Of a stretch of 52,298 bases of DNA, positions 9,810-19,162 are shown piece after piece. Source of the DNA: a virus (taxonomy: Duplodnaviria; Heunggongvirae; Uroviricota; Caudoviricetes); IMG/VR virus record IMGVR_UViG_2721755498_000006, positions 1 through 52,298 of that record; one strand, written 5' to 3'. How positions within the stretch are numbered: position 1 is the first letter of the stretch; each line of letters starts with the position of its first letter. The notes beneath the pieces were generated by a model, which did no database searches, was not told the origin of the DNA, and saw only the letters and a program-made list of their open reading frames with translations. Both the position numbers and the translations under genes were made by a program.

Positions 9810-10760
9810 TTACAACCAGTTCTTCCGCTTAAAGTACAGATACGGTGCCAGGCCCGCGAGGATCATAAAGATAATCGCGGCAGGGTAGCCGAAGCTCCAC
9901 TTCAGTTCTGGCATAAACTCAAAGTTCATGCCATAGCTGGAAGCAACGAGCGTCGGCGGCAGGAATACCACGGATACCACCGAGAAGATTTTGATGATGC
10001 GGTTCTGCTCGATGTTGATAAAACCCATTGCCGCCTGCATCAGGAAGTTCACCTTCTGGAACAGGGATTCGTTATGCGGCAGCAGGGATTCGATATCTCG
10101 CAGGATTTCACGCGCCTGCTCCAGTTGCCCACCCGGTAAACGCGCTTTACGCACCAGGAAGTTGAGCGCGCGCTGGGTATCCATCAGACACAGGCGAACT
10201 TTCCAGCCGATATCTTCCAGTTCCGCCAGAGTGGAGAGCGCCTCGTCGTACTCATCGCCCTGATGCCCTTCCATAATCACCCGGCTCAACTGCTCCAGGT
10301 CGCTATAGATATTTTCAATTTCATCTGCCAACTGTTCGATTTTGGTTTCGAACAGATCCAGCAGCAACTCGTAGGCGTTACCGTCTACCATCGACTGGCT
10401 ACGGGCACGCATACGATACAGACGAAAAGCGGGCAGTTCACGCTCACGCAGAGTAAACAGACGACCATCACGGATGGTAAATGCCACAGTGGAGTTACCG
10501 GCGTGATCTTCCGCATCTTCAAAGAAGAAGAAGGAGTGAATATGCAGGCCGTCGTCGTCTTCAAAGAAACGTGCCGATGCTTCGATGTCTTCCAGTTCCG
10601 GGCGGGTTGCCAGGCTCTGGCCAAGTTCAGATTGTAAGCGCAGTCGCTCGTCGTCGTCCGGTTCGACAAGATCAATCCATACTGCATTTACAAGGGGTTG
10701 TGACTCTTCGACTTCCAGCCGGGTCAGTCGGTTATTTTCCAGTTGAAATGCGCTCAGCAT
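9810..10760 (-). CDS. corA: magnesium/cobalt transporter CorA
   Basis: [34 protein letters not shown] ... [11 protein letters not shown] ... matches E. coli CorA as I recall it; GMN motif present. Confidence 0.95.
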   Translation of the reverse strand: MLSAFQLENNRLTRLEVEESQPLVNAVWIDLVEPDDDERLRLQSELGQSLATRPELEDIEASARFFEDDDGLHIHSFFFFEDAEDHAGNSTVAFTIRDGRLFTLRERELPAFRLYRMRARSQSMVDGNAYELLLDLFETKIEQLADEIENIYSDLEQLSRVIMEGHQGDEYDEALSTLAELEDIGWKVRLCLMDTQRALNFLVRKARLPGGQLEQAREILRDIESLLPHNESLFQKVNFLMQAAMGFINIEQNRIIKIFSVVSVVFLPPTLVASSYGMNFEFMPELKWSFGYPAAIIFMILAGLAPYLYFKRKNWL

Positions 10761-11129
10761 GACCGGGACTCCCAATGCTTAAAATATCGGACAGTTCGGT
10801 GGGCACACAGAAACAAATTGGGTTTCAGACCATTAAACAGCCTGACTCAGCGCGACGGGAAAAATTGAGGTCGCTGACAACCGCTAAGGCTATCAGCAAA
10901 AAGGGATAGCCTTAGGAGTTGATCCTGGATGACAGGATAGTGAGCCAGTATCTACTGGGTGTGTCCAAGGCGAATGTCCTCTTAGAGTGATCGTGCGCGC
11001 ATGTTACGCCAGCAAAATTTTGCCGTCAACACGCAACAGAACACCACAGAACAATAGTTGAACTTCGCGCTTTTTGGTACTCGTCAAGGTCGCTAACAGG
11101 ATAAAAAAATCCCACATCCAGGACCTATA

Positions 11130-11417
11130 ATGGCGCATCAGCTACTCATTGGTAAAGGAATGATCACCTTGAATCTCAAACGGATTTTTCTCGCCCTCAC
11201 CTTACTTCCCTTGTTTGCTGTTGCCGCTGATGATTGCGCACTCTCAGATCCGACGCTGACCGTACAGGCGTATACCGTTAATCCTCAAACAGAGCGGGTG
11301 AAAATGTACTGGCAAAAAGCCAATGGCGAAGCGTGGGGAACGTTACATGCTCTGCTGGCGGATATTAATAGTCAGGGTCAGGTGCAGATGGCGATGAACG
11401 GCGGCATCTATGATGAA
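11130..11417 (+). pseudogene. 5' fragment of a signal-peptide protein gene (yigE-like by position upstream of corA) truncated by IS1
   Basis: ORF with signal-peptide-like N-terminus runs into IS1 copy 2; identification as yigE is inference from K-12 gene order. Confidence 0.45.
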
Positions 11418-11471
11418 GGGATGCTGCCAACTTACTGATTTAGTGTATGATGGTGTTTTTGAGGTGCTCCA

Positions 11472-11747
11472 GTGGCTTCTGTTTCTATCAGCTGTCCCTC
11501 CTGTTCAGCTACTGACGGGGTGGTGCGTAACGGCAAAAGCACCGCCGGACATCAGCGCTATCTCTGCTCTCACTGCCGTAAAACATGGCAACTGCAGTTC
11601 ACTTACACCGCTTCTCAACCCGGTACGCACCAGAAAATCATTGATATGGCCATGAATGGCGTTGGATGCCGGGCAACAGCCCGCATTATGGGCGTTGGCC
11701 TCAACACGATTTTACGTCACTTAAAAAACTCAGGCCGCAGTCGGTAA
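11472..11747 (+). CDS. insA: IS1 InsA
   Basis: identical translation to 9403..9678. Confidence 0.95.
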
Positions 11748-12169
11748 CCTCGCGCATACAGCCGGGCAGTGACGTCATCGTCTGCGCGGAAATGGACGAA
11801 CAGTGGGGATACGTCGGGGCTAAATCGCGCCAGCGCTGGCTGTTTTACGCGTATGACAGGCTCCGGAAGACGGTTGTTGCGCACGTATTCGGTGAACGCA
11901 CTATGGCGACGCTGGGGCGTCTTATGAGCCTGCTGTCACCCTTTGACGTGGTGATATGGATGACGGATGGCTGGCCGCTGTATGAATCCCGCCTGAAGGG
12001 AAAGCTGCACGTAATCAGCAAGCGATATACGCAGCGAATTGAGCGGCATAACCTGAATCTGAGGCAGCACCTGGCACGGCTGGGACGGAAGTCGCTGTCG
12101 TTCTCAAAATCGGTGGAGCTGCATGACAAAGTCATCGGGCATTATCTGAACATAAAACACTATCAATAA
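11666..12169 (+). CDS. insB: IS1 InsB
   Basis: identical translation to 8981..9484. Confidence 0.95.
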
Positions 12170-12302
12170 GTTGGAGTCATTACCCTCATTCCAAAAAGAA
12201 ACCTGCCACAATTTTGCCACACTCACAACGCGCAAAAATGCACATTTGTGTTAAGAAAAGCAAAACAACGCAACAGTAACCAGATGATTTTATTAGAAAA
12301 AA

Positions 12303-12348
12303 TGGTGCCGATAATAGGAGTCGAACCTACGACCTTCGCATTACGAAT
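12303..12348 (-). repeat. att copy: 46-nt direct repeat of the thrW 3' end
   Basis: tggtgccgataataggagtcgaacctacgaccttcgcattacgaat identical to 50855-50900; preceded at ~12200-12222 by TGCCACAATTTTGCCACA arm-type repeat. Confidence 0.9.
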
Positions 12349-12436
12349 CTGTAGCACCAATCATAACTATCTGTTTTAGCAAGCATTAACCGCATTCACC
12401 AAGCAATAGTTGATGGCACAAACAGAAAGTTGATGC

Positions 12437-12769
12437 ATGATGTTGTCATGTGTATGTCACAAATACGGCACAACGATCTTCAAACATGTAGCCACCCAGC
12501 ATAGAAGAGCACAAAGCCTTGCAATCAAGTGCAAAACTTTGTGTACCATAGTTTTTCCTTATCAACTACCGCAAGTATCGATCGATGGAGGCTTGGATGT
12601 TAAATTTCATGACTTTGATCACTTGGTGCATCACGAAACTATCGAAGTGCAACTCGCTCATGCCAACGGCGGATCTGTGCGTGGAATATACAACCATGCT
12701 CAGTATCTAGATAAGCGCAGAGAAATGATGCAGTGGTGGGCTGACTGGCTTGATGGAGAGAAAACATAG
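12437..12769 (+). pseudogene. integrase remnant: only the last ~55 codons resemble a P4-family tyrosine integrase C-terminus
   Basis: ...VQLAHANGGSVRGIYNHAQYLDKRREMMQWWADWLD typical integrase tail including catalytic Tyr; upstream part of ORF has no integrase features. Confidence 0.6.
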
Positions 12770-12964
12770 GACAGGTTTTCAGCCAGTGTCAGTGAAATGG
12801 ATCTCCTGTGCATGAGCAAATTAGAATAACATTGCATAGTCACAGTATCGATCATGATTCACAGCAATGATAGAATACAAATAATTTTAACATGTTTCTA
12901 CCGAAACAATCGCACCTGTAGCATTCGTCTTTTCTGATGTAATTAACATTAAATGGTATAGCAT

Positions 12965-14752
12965 ATGGAACTGAAATATAGACCCGAAATTGATGGGTTG
13001 AGAACATTAGCTGTTTTACCTGTTATCTTTTTTCATGCAGGCGTTCAATGGATTCCTGGAGGTTTTCTTGGAGTAGATGTTTTTTTTGTTATTAGTGGTT
13101 TTTTGATTACCAGCATTTTGCTAAAAGAATGCAGCAATGGAACATTTACATTCTCTGGATTTTATGAGAGAAGGGTTCGCAGAATTGCACCAGCATTAAT
13201 TTTAATGACATCAGTAACATTCATTATATCATTATTTGTGATGGTCCCATATGACCTAAAAAATCTTGGTCAATCAGTAGTTGCAACTATTTTTTCAGCA
13301 AACAATATATTGTTGTACCTAACATCAGGATACTGGTCTACAGCATCTGAATTTAAACCATTATATCACACATGGAGTCTGGCTGTAGAAGAACAGTATT
13401 ATCTTGTGGCACCTATAATAATATATATTATTTATTCAATTAATCATAATAAATTAATAAAAAATAGTTTTATATTCATGCTGTTAGTATCAATTGCCAG
13501 TTTTTTATTTGCAGCAATTGAGACAACACATAATAGAGAGTTTTCATTCCTCATGCTACCCTCTAGAGCCTGGGAGATCGCACTCGGCGGGATTGCTGCT
13601 ATTGCTCATTCGAAAATAAAAAGAAAAAGCAATGCATTATCATTCATTGGTTTTTTGTTAATAATATTTAGTTATTTTCTTGTTAGAGGAAAAATATCAC
13701 ACCCAGGACTCGAAACATTGATGCCAGTGATTGGCACATGTTTATTTTTGATGCATGCCAACTCACATAAAGGCGTAGGAAAGATAATGTCAATAAAACC
13801 AATGGTATTATGTGGTATGATAAGTTACTCATTATACCTTTGGCATCAGCCAGTTTTTGCATTTATAAGACTAAACTCTCAGTTCGAGCCATCAACAATA
13901 TATTTTATTGTTTCTATACCTTTTATTTTTATTATATCTTTTGCATCATATTTCTTTGTTGAGAAACCATTTAGAAACAAGAAAAAAACTTCTACAAAAA
14001 AGATTGTATCATACGCAATAGCATCGTCGTTAGTGTTATCAATATCTGGTTGGTTGATGCACAAGACATATGGATTGCAGAATATCAGGCCAGAGCTTGC
14101 CTATGGCGGCAATCCTCAGGAGTATGTGGACAGCCCTAAACGATTAAAGAATATTGACTTTTCAGATAATGGAAAGAAAATATTAATCATGGGTAATTCA
14201 TATGCGCGAGATATCATTAATGTAATATCTACTAAATTAAACCTTGATGATCTTAATATTGTTTATTTTGAAGGAAATTGCTACGAATCAATAAATAACT
14301 CTCACAAATTAGATTATTACTTGAAAGACGCAAACATTATTATTTACTCTGACAACTGGGGTGGGGAGGAGTATAATAACAGCGTAGAGAAATTAAAATA
14401 CTGCTACGATAACGTAAAGTTAGCATCCAACGCTAAGGTATACATGGTAGGGACAAAAAACTTTGGGTATAACAATAACTTTGCCACTAACTTATCTAAA
14501 AATGATCGAATCTTAGCGAAAACATACCCACTATCAAAGTATTTACAGTTCAATAATGATGCAAAATTAGAGTTAGGAAATGATTATATAGATGTATTTA
14601 GTCTTATTCAAGATGAGAATGGGATGGTTAATGTTTTTGATGGTGATGGTAAGTTTTTATCATATGATACCAATCACTTAACTAAATATGGGGCAAGTTA
14701 CTTAGGTGATATTTTATCAAAAAAAACAGATTTGTTTCATAGTTTAAAATAA
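12965..14752 (+). CDS. O-antigen acyltransferase (acyltransferase-3 membrane domain plus C-terminal SGNH-like domain; OafA/Oac type), lysogenic conversion gene
   Basis: 595-aa AT-rich ORF; N-terminus ...LRTLAVLPVIFFHAGVQ...GVDVFFVISGFLIT..., multiple TM segments, long C-terminal soluble domain; located between tailspike and att as P22 gtr / Sf6 oac. Confidence 0.8.
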   Translation: MELKYRPEIDGLRTLAVLPVIFFHAGVQWIPGGFLGVDVFFVISGFLITSILLKECSNGTFTFSGFYERRVRRIAPALILMTSVTFIISLFVMVPYDLKNLGQSVVATIFSANNILLYLTSGYWSTASEFKPLYHTWSLAVEEQYYLVAPIIIYIIYSINHNKLIKNSFIFMLLVSIASFLFAAIETTHNREFSFLMLPSRAWEIALGGIAAIAHSKIKRKSNALSFIGFLLIIFSYFLVRGKISHPGLETLMPVIGTCLFLMHANSHKGVGKIMSIKPMVLCGMISYSLYLWHQPVFAFIRLNSQFEPSTIYFIVSIPFIFIISFASYFFVEKPFRNKKKTSTKKIVSYAIASSLVLSISGWLMHKTYGLQNIRPELAYGGNPQEYVDSPKRLKNIDFSDNGKKILIMGNSYARDIINVISTKLNLDDLNIVYFEGNCYESINNSHKLDYYLKDANIIIYSDNWGGEEYNNSVEKLKYCYDNVKLASNAKVYMVGTKNFGYNNNFATNLSKNDRILAKTYPLSKYLQFNNDAKLELGNDYIDVFSLIQDENGMVNVFDGDGKFLSYDTNHLTKYGASYLGDILSKKTDLFHSLK

Positions 14753-14800
14753 CCACCCCCATTGGAGGTGGCGCTGAGGTATAATTATAATAATAGAATC

Positions 14801-16693
14801 CTAAGCCACCTCACCCCTCCATGAGCAATCAACAATACCTCCGCGCACCATCTTCCACCGCATGTTGTACGATGCCGAAGGAACAAGCTTTATACCAACA
14901 CCAAGATTGGGAACTGTTTCAACTGATTTAATCCAAGCGTTATTTGAATTACTGTACGTGAATGTTAATTGCTCTGTATTAGTGTAGAAGTCATCAGTGC
15001 ATGTTGTTATTGCCGCTGAAGTATTTGCGTTATCCGCCCCGTTATAATAATACAGCTCAAAGGCTATGTAGCCGTGGTTCTTCATCCTCGTAGCAAACAC
15101 GCCGCCCGTGTTTCTTGCCGCGATACCACCCTGTTTGAATGTGGTGTTACGCTCACCTTGCACGCTTCCCGCATTGATAGTCTGGAACGGAGTAACATCA
15201 GCAGAACTGTACTTGTCATTGTACAACTGCATAGCCCCGCCCATTTTATCTGTGTAAAACACATAAGATTCAAGGTGGTAAGGGGATTGGTTTTTAATGG
15301 TATTATACGATTTTATCTCGTTATAGAAATCGGTGTCATTTGTAATATCCTTAAAGGAACTTATGATTAGGTTACTTTCCCACGCAAAGGCTACATAGCT
15401 TCCATCACCCATACCAAAAAACTCCTTAGCAAAATTTATTTGCTTTGTTTTATCAGAGAAGCTTGTTGGTTCAGTGAACATTCCGAGACAAGGCACTATC
15501 TTTGAATTTGGGGATTTATATTGCATTTCAGCCCAGCACAGTACAGCGGTCCTCTTGTTTTCGGCAGAATCCCTAGAAGAGTATGCATATGCATCCACAA
15601 AAATCAAATCGTACCCAACACCGTTATACCCAGAAGGGACTGTTTGGTTATCAAACGAAAAAATCCCGTTGTCAGCTATACATAAAGCTTTACTGGTAAA
15701 TGCCTTGAATGCATTTATACGAGTGGCTTGAGCAGTTGCAGATACCGAATGGTTTTGCGGTTCATCAAACAAGTAATAGCCGATAACGCAATCTCTGCCG
15801 TCAAGGTCTGTAGCCGGGGTGTTTGTCTGCCCGTACACAGTACCACCAAGTATAAGTTTCAATCCAACAGCTTCCGCGGCGTTACAAGCTTTTTCCATAT
15901 TCCCGCCGTTTGTCCACGCTTGACCGTAGTGGATTAGTGTATTAAACCCCGCGGTTTTTAGTTGTAACATGTCACAAATATCAAACACGCGATGAACGTA
16001 TACAGCCTTCATTAGTGAATGGTCTACAGGTATTTCACTATCAAGTTCACATGGAACGTTTGGTAGTCTTGTGTATGTAATCGTTGCTTTTCCGGTAATC
16101 CTTGCACCTTGTGGCCAGTCAAAACTAGATAATGTCGTGGCACCGCTGATATGCGCAACCCCTGTTTTACCTATGGCTGCAAGAACATAAGGCTTAGCGT
16201 CCTCTCCACTACCATATATATATCCATACAAAGAAATATCAGACCAATTATAGCTAGAATTATACTTTATTGAGTCTATTTCTTCTTGTACTGTTTTACC
16301 AGTTGCGGTCCCTACAAGAGATGCCCCGTTATCTGAAGAGATAGTCTGCCTAAACTGATCCGGGTCATACTTAAGCACATTAGGAAAATAGAACTGCTGC
16401 GCCCCATACGCATCATAAACAGCCATAGAATGGCCTTGCACAGTTACGAACTTGGCAATCTGTCCGTTATATACCGGATATCCAGCGGCGTTAATGATGA
16501 TTGGTTGCGGAACAGGAACGTGAGAACCGTCTTCATTCTCTACATAAATCTGAATCTGGTTTTCAGGATTTACCGGGTCAGTGTCAATTTTTCCGATATA
16601 AATTTTGCCATTGGCTACGGCTTTAAAAGAACGCGCCATAGTGAAGAGTTGCGAAGGCATGCTTACCACAATATTTGCGGTGATATCTGACAT
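14801..16693 (-). CDS. tailspike protein: P22 gp9-like N-terminal head-binding domain fused to a different receptor-binding/enzymatic domain
   Basis: [59 protein letters not shown]... matches P22 tailspike N-terminus; remainder unlike P22 endorhamnosidase as I recall it; start set at internal Met with GGAG SD. Confidence 0.9.
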   Translation of the reverse strand: MSDITANIVVSMPSQLFTMARSFKAVANGKIYIGKIDTDPVNPENQIQIYVENEDGSHVPVPQPIIINAAGYPVYNGQIAKFVTVQGHSMAVYDAYGAQQFYFPNVLKYDPDQFRQTISSDNGASLVGTATGKTVQEEIDSIKYNSSYNWSDISLYGYIYGSGEDAKPYVLAAIGKTGVAHISGATTLSSFDWPQGARITGKATITYTRLPNVPCELDSEIPVDHSLMKAVYVHRVFDICDMLQLKTAGFNTLIHYGQAWTNGGNMEKACNAAEAVGLKLILGGTVYGQTNTPATDLDGRDCVIGYYLFDEPQNHSVSATAQATRINAFKAFTSKALCIADNGIFSFDNQTVPSGYNGVGYDLIFVDAYAYSSRDSAENKRTAVLCWAEMQYKSPNSKIVPCLGMFTEPTSFSDKTKQINFAKEFFGMGDGSYVAFAWESNLIISSFKDITNDTDFYNEIKSYNTIKNQSPYHLESYVFYTDKMGGAMQLYNDKYSSADVTPFQTINAGSVQGERNTTFKQGGIAARNTGGVFATRMKNHGYIAFELYYYNGADNANTSAAITTCTDDFYTNTEQLTFTYSNSNNAWIKSVETVPNLGVGIKLVPSASYNMRWKMVRGGIVDCSWRGEVA

Positions 16694-16814
16694 TTCATTG
16701 CTCCAGACGAATGATATGATGCAACCATGATGTGATTGCATACCGAAATGGTACTATTGAGTATTTATCCAGTAGGTTACGATGCCATTCCACCCAACTG
16801 GTGAGGCATCAAGG

Positions 16815-17075
16815 ATGTACAGCAAATACGACGAGGCGCAGTTTCACTTGAGACTTCCGCATGAACTCCACGCGAAAATTAAACAGCGCGCGAAGATGAA
16901 TAACAGGTCGCTGAACTCAGAGATAATTGCAGCGATTGAAGAATCATTGGCTAAACAAAGCTCTGCATCAGTTTACATTGACGATGCAGAGCGTATGGCA
17001 GAACAACAATCTGATATGGTTAAGAAAATTGTCTTTGATACGCTCAAGGAGCTATATAAAAAAGACAGCAGCTAA
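16815..17075 (+). CDS. mnt: Mnt-like ribbon-helix-helix repressor
   Basis: C-terminus NDAERMAEQQSDMVKKIVFDTLKELYKK resembles P22 Mnt; N-terminal RHH region. Confidence 0.75.
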   Translation: MYSKYDEAQFHLRLPHELHAKIKQRAKMNNRSLNSEIIAAIEESLAKQSSASVYIDDAERMAEQQSDMVKKIVFDTLKELYKKDSS

Positions 17076-17095
17076 CCATCAGTTACGGAGGATTT

Positions 17096-17173
17096 ATGCA
17101 AAGAGATATGCTGAATATCGCGTTCTACATATTTGGTTTTTGCACGTTCCTGGTGTTTGCGAAGCTATTCTGA
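17096..17173 (+). CDS. 25-aa hydrophobic peptide ORF (MQRDMLNIAFYIFGFCTFLVFAKLF)
   Basis: GGAGG 6 nt upstream of ATG, immediately after mnt; below ORF-track size cutoff. Confidence 0.3.
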   Translation: MQRDMLNIAFYIFGFCTFLVFAKLF

Positions 17174-19162
17174 CAACGCATCAGACTTGGCACCCTGAGT
17201 CAGGGCGTTAATGGCCTTTTGTGCCTGCTGCATGGCTTTCTCAAACGCTGTTGATCCGCGTGGGGTATTTGCCATTCGGAGCATTGCATTTCTGAATGGC
17301 TCGCTCTCATAGGCGCGAGTAAGAAGTCCGTAGCTTACCGCTGCGCCAGTTGTCGCCGGGTTCATTGCCGTCCCATATCCGATAATGAACGGGATGGTTT
17401 GCTGCCCTGTTGGTGTTGTTACTGCTGCTTTTGCAGCCTGCTGCGTGGATTGCAGGTAGTTTTTCAATCCTTTCAGATAAGCGGCTTCCTGACCTTTAAA
17501 TGTGATGCCAGTCTGGTTTTGCAGGATATTAAGCTGCCGAAGGAACTGGTCAGGGGATCCGCCAGATTTCTCCATCGCCTTTCCAATGATGCCATTGCGC
17601 ATTTGCGCCCTGCCAACACGACCAACTGAGTTATACAGCGTCTTAATTTCCGATTTGTTCTTGCTGAATAGCATGTTGTTGACAACTTCCGGCGTCAGGT
17701 CGCCTTTCATGAGAACATTCTTCAGCCTGGTATTCTTTAGTTTCGCCGCTTCGTCAGCGTATACGGCATTGGCCTGCTGATATTTACGGAGAGTATCGTT
17801 GCCAAGATTCTGACCAATGGCACCATTGATATCGTCCGTCATCGACTTGTAAACGCGCTGAATGGCAGCATCGGAACGGTTTGGTAACACTGGTCGTTCA
17901 CCCTTCACGTCCATTCTGAACTGGCTGCGCAGATCGCTTAATTGCTTCAAATCCAGATTTACCGGACCATCAGGGCCAGCATTGCGAACAAGCTCATCAC
18001 GATATGACTGAAGTTTTGAAATGGTCTCGTTATCAGCAACCTTACCAAGCTTCTGCAGGTTAGATATTTCTGTATCAATCTGCTGAATTGCTCGCACAGG
18101 CTGAATGTTTACTCCAGCCATAGCATTCTGAACCTGCTCCAGTCGATTACCGGCGGCACGACGAATTCCTGATGTTTTCGCTTTAAGGCTGTCAATAACA
18201 ACCGCTGGATCATACTCACCGAATTTATCAGCAAATCTCTGCACCAACTGGCTTCTCGCTTCCTGTTGCGTTGCTCTCATTCCGCTTGTGCCAGCCAGGG
18301 GGATATTTTCTGCTGTAGTCTGCGCCATTTTCCCGACGCGGGAAGTAGGCTGTAACAGGTCTGTGGTGTGCAGAGGAACTCCTTCACGCTCTGCAAATCT
18401 GATAGCCTGCTGCGCTTCTGGCGCAATAGCACCACGAACGCCACGATAAGCAGCACCTAATCCACGTCCGGCAGCGTTAATAGCACCGCCAGCCAGCACA
18501 CCAACGCCTAAATCGGTGGCGAGTGCTTCCGCATCATCTTTCGCACTATTTGCAGCAAGTGATCCAACTGCGTTTTCTGCGAGAAGTCGTGTTGCCCCCT
18601 GAGCAATTCGACCAGCAAGTGTTGGTGCCTGTGTTGCTGCTCTCTCAACGCCAGCAGGAGTGAGGTAAGGCAATGCTTCAGCAAATACCATTCCCTCTGT
18701 CGTTTGTGGAGTCAGCGCGCCTTGCTGAAGGCCAAAGTCCTGCTCTAATCCATGCGTTGTTACTCGTGGCGCGGGTTGATATGTTCCATCGCCAATGCCG
18801 AGTTTACCGCCAGCCCATGCAGCCGCGCTTGTTACAGCATCGGCAACTGATGCAGGTATGTTTGCCACGTTCACGCCAGCCTGCACCAGTCCGCGACCAG
18901 TCTCTTTCACTGCTTCACCAAGATCAGACATAAATCCACTTTGCTGTGGTTGTTGCTGTGCTACTGGTTGCTGTGTCTCCACTGGCTGCACAGATGGCAA
19001 TGGATAGGCTGCATAGAAAGCTTGCTTAGCCTGCTCTGCATTTCCTCCGGCTTGCGGGGCCACGACTTCATTGAAGTATTGCTCCTGAGCCTGCGCTTTT
19101 TGTTCTGGTGCTAACGCCTGATACTGTGGAGAGGCGATAACATCTTTCCATGCTTTAGCCAT
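17165..19162 (-). CDS. ejection/internal protein gp16-like
   Basis: 665 aa, P22 gene order 7-20-16 and size. Confidence 0.8.
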   Translation of the reverse strand: MAKAWKDVIASPQYQALAPEQKAQAQEQYFNEVVAPQAGGNAEQAKQAFYAAYPLPSVQPVETQQPVAQQQPQQSGFMSDLGEAVKETGRGLVQAGVNVANIPASVADAVTSAAAWAGGKLGIGDGTYQPAPRVTTHGLEQDFGLQQGALTPQTTEGMVFAEALPYLTPAGVERAATQAPTLAGRIAQGATRLLAENAVGSLAANSAKDDAEALATDLGVGVLAGGAINAAGRGLGAAYRGVRGAIAPEAQQAIRFAEREGVPLHTTDLLQPTSRVGKMAQTTAENIPLAGTSGMRATQQEARSQLVQRFADKFGEYDPAVVIDSLKAKTSGIRRAAGNRLEQVQNAMAGVNIQPVRAIQQIDTEISNLQKLGKVADNETISKLQSYRDELVRNAGPDGPVNLDLKQLSDLRSQFRMDVKGERPVLPNRSDAAIQRVYKSMTDDINGAIGQNLGNDTLRKYQQANAVYADEAAKLKNTRLKNVLMKGDLTPEVVNNMLFSKNKSEIKTLYNSVGRVGRAQMRNGIIGKAMEKSGGSPDQFLRQLNILQNQTGITFKGQEAAYLKGLKNYLQSTQQAAKAAVTTPTGQQTIPFIIGYGTAMNPATTGAAVSYGLLTRAYESEPFRNAMLRMANTPRGSTAFEKAMQQAQKAINALTQGAKSDALSE

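Larger units (their letters stand above)
11417..12184 (+). mobile_element. IS1 copy 2, inverted relative to copy 1
   Basis: same IS1 ends in opposite orientation; left boundary +/-2 nt. Confidence 0.95.

Noticed and set aside
9991-10762. Plus-strand ORFs overlapping corA (9991..10263, 10263..10637, 10481..10762)
   Set aside because: Antisense to a well-supported gene, no start context; spurious.
9810-10775. corA as a phage or island cargo gene of foreign origin
   Set aside because: The translation is essentially the host CorA and it is flanked by IS1, so it is host-derived DNA moved by IS activity rather than a distinct accessory transporter.
12437-12769. Functional small integrase or recombination directionality factor
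   Set aside because: Only the C-terminal tail resembles an integrase and the N-terminal catalytic residues (R, K, HxxR) are absent; called a remnant.
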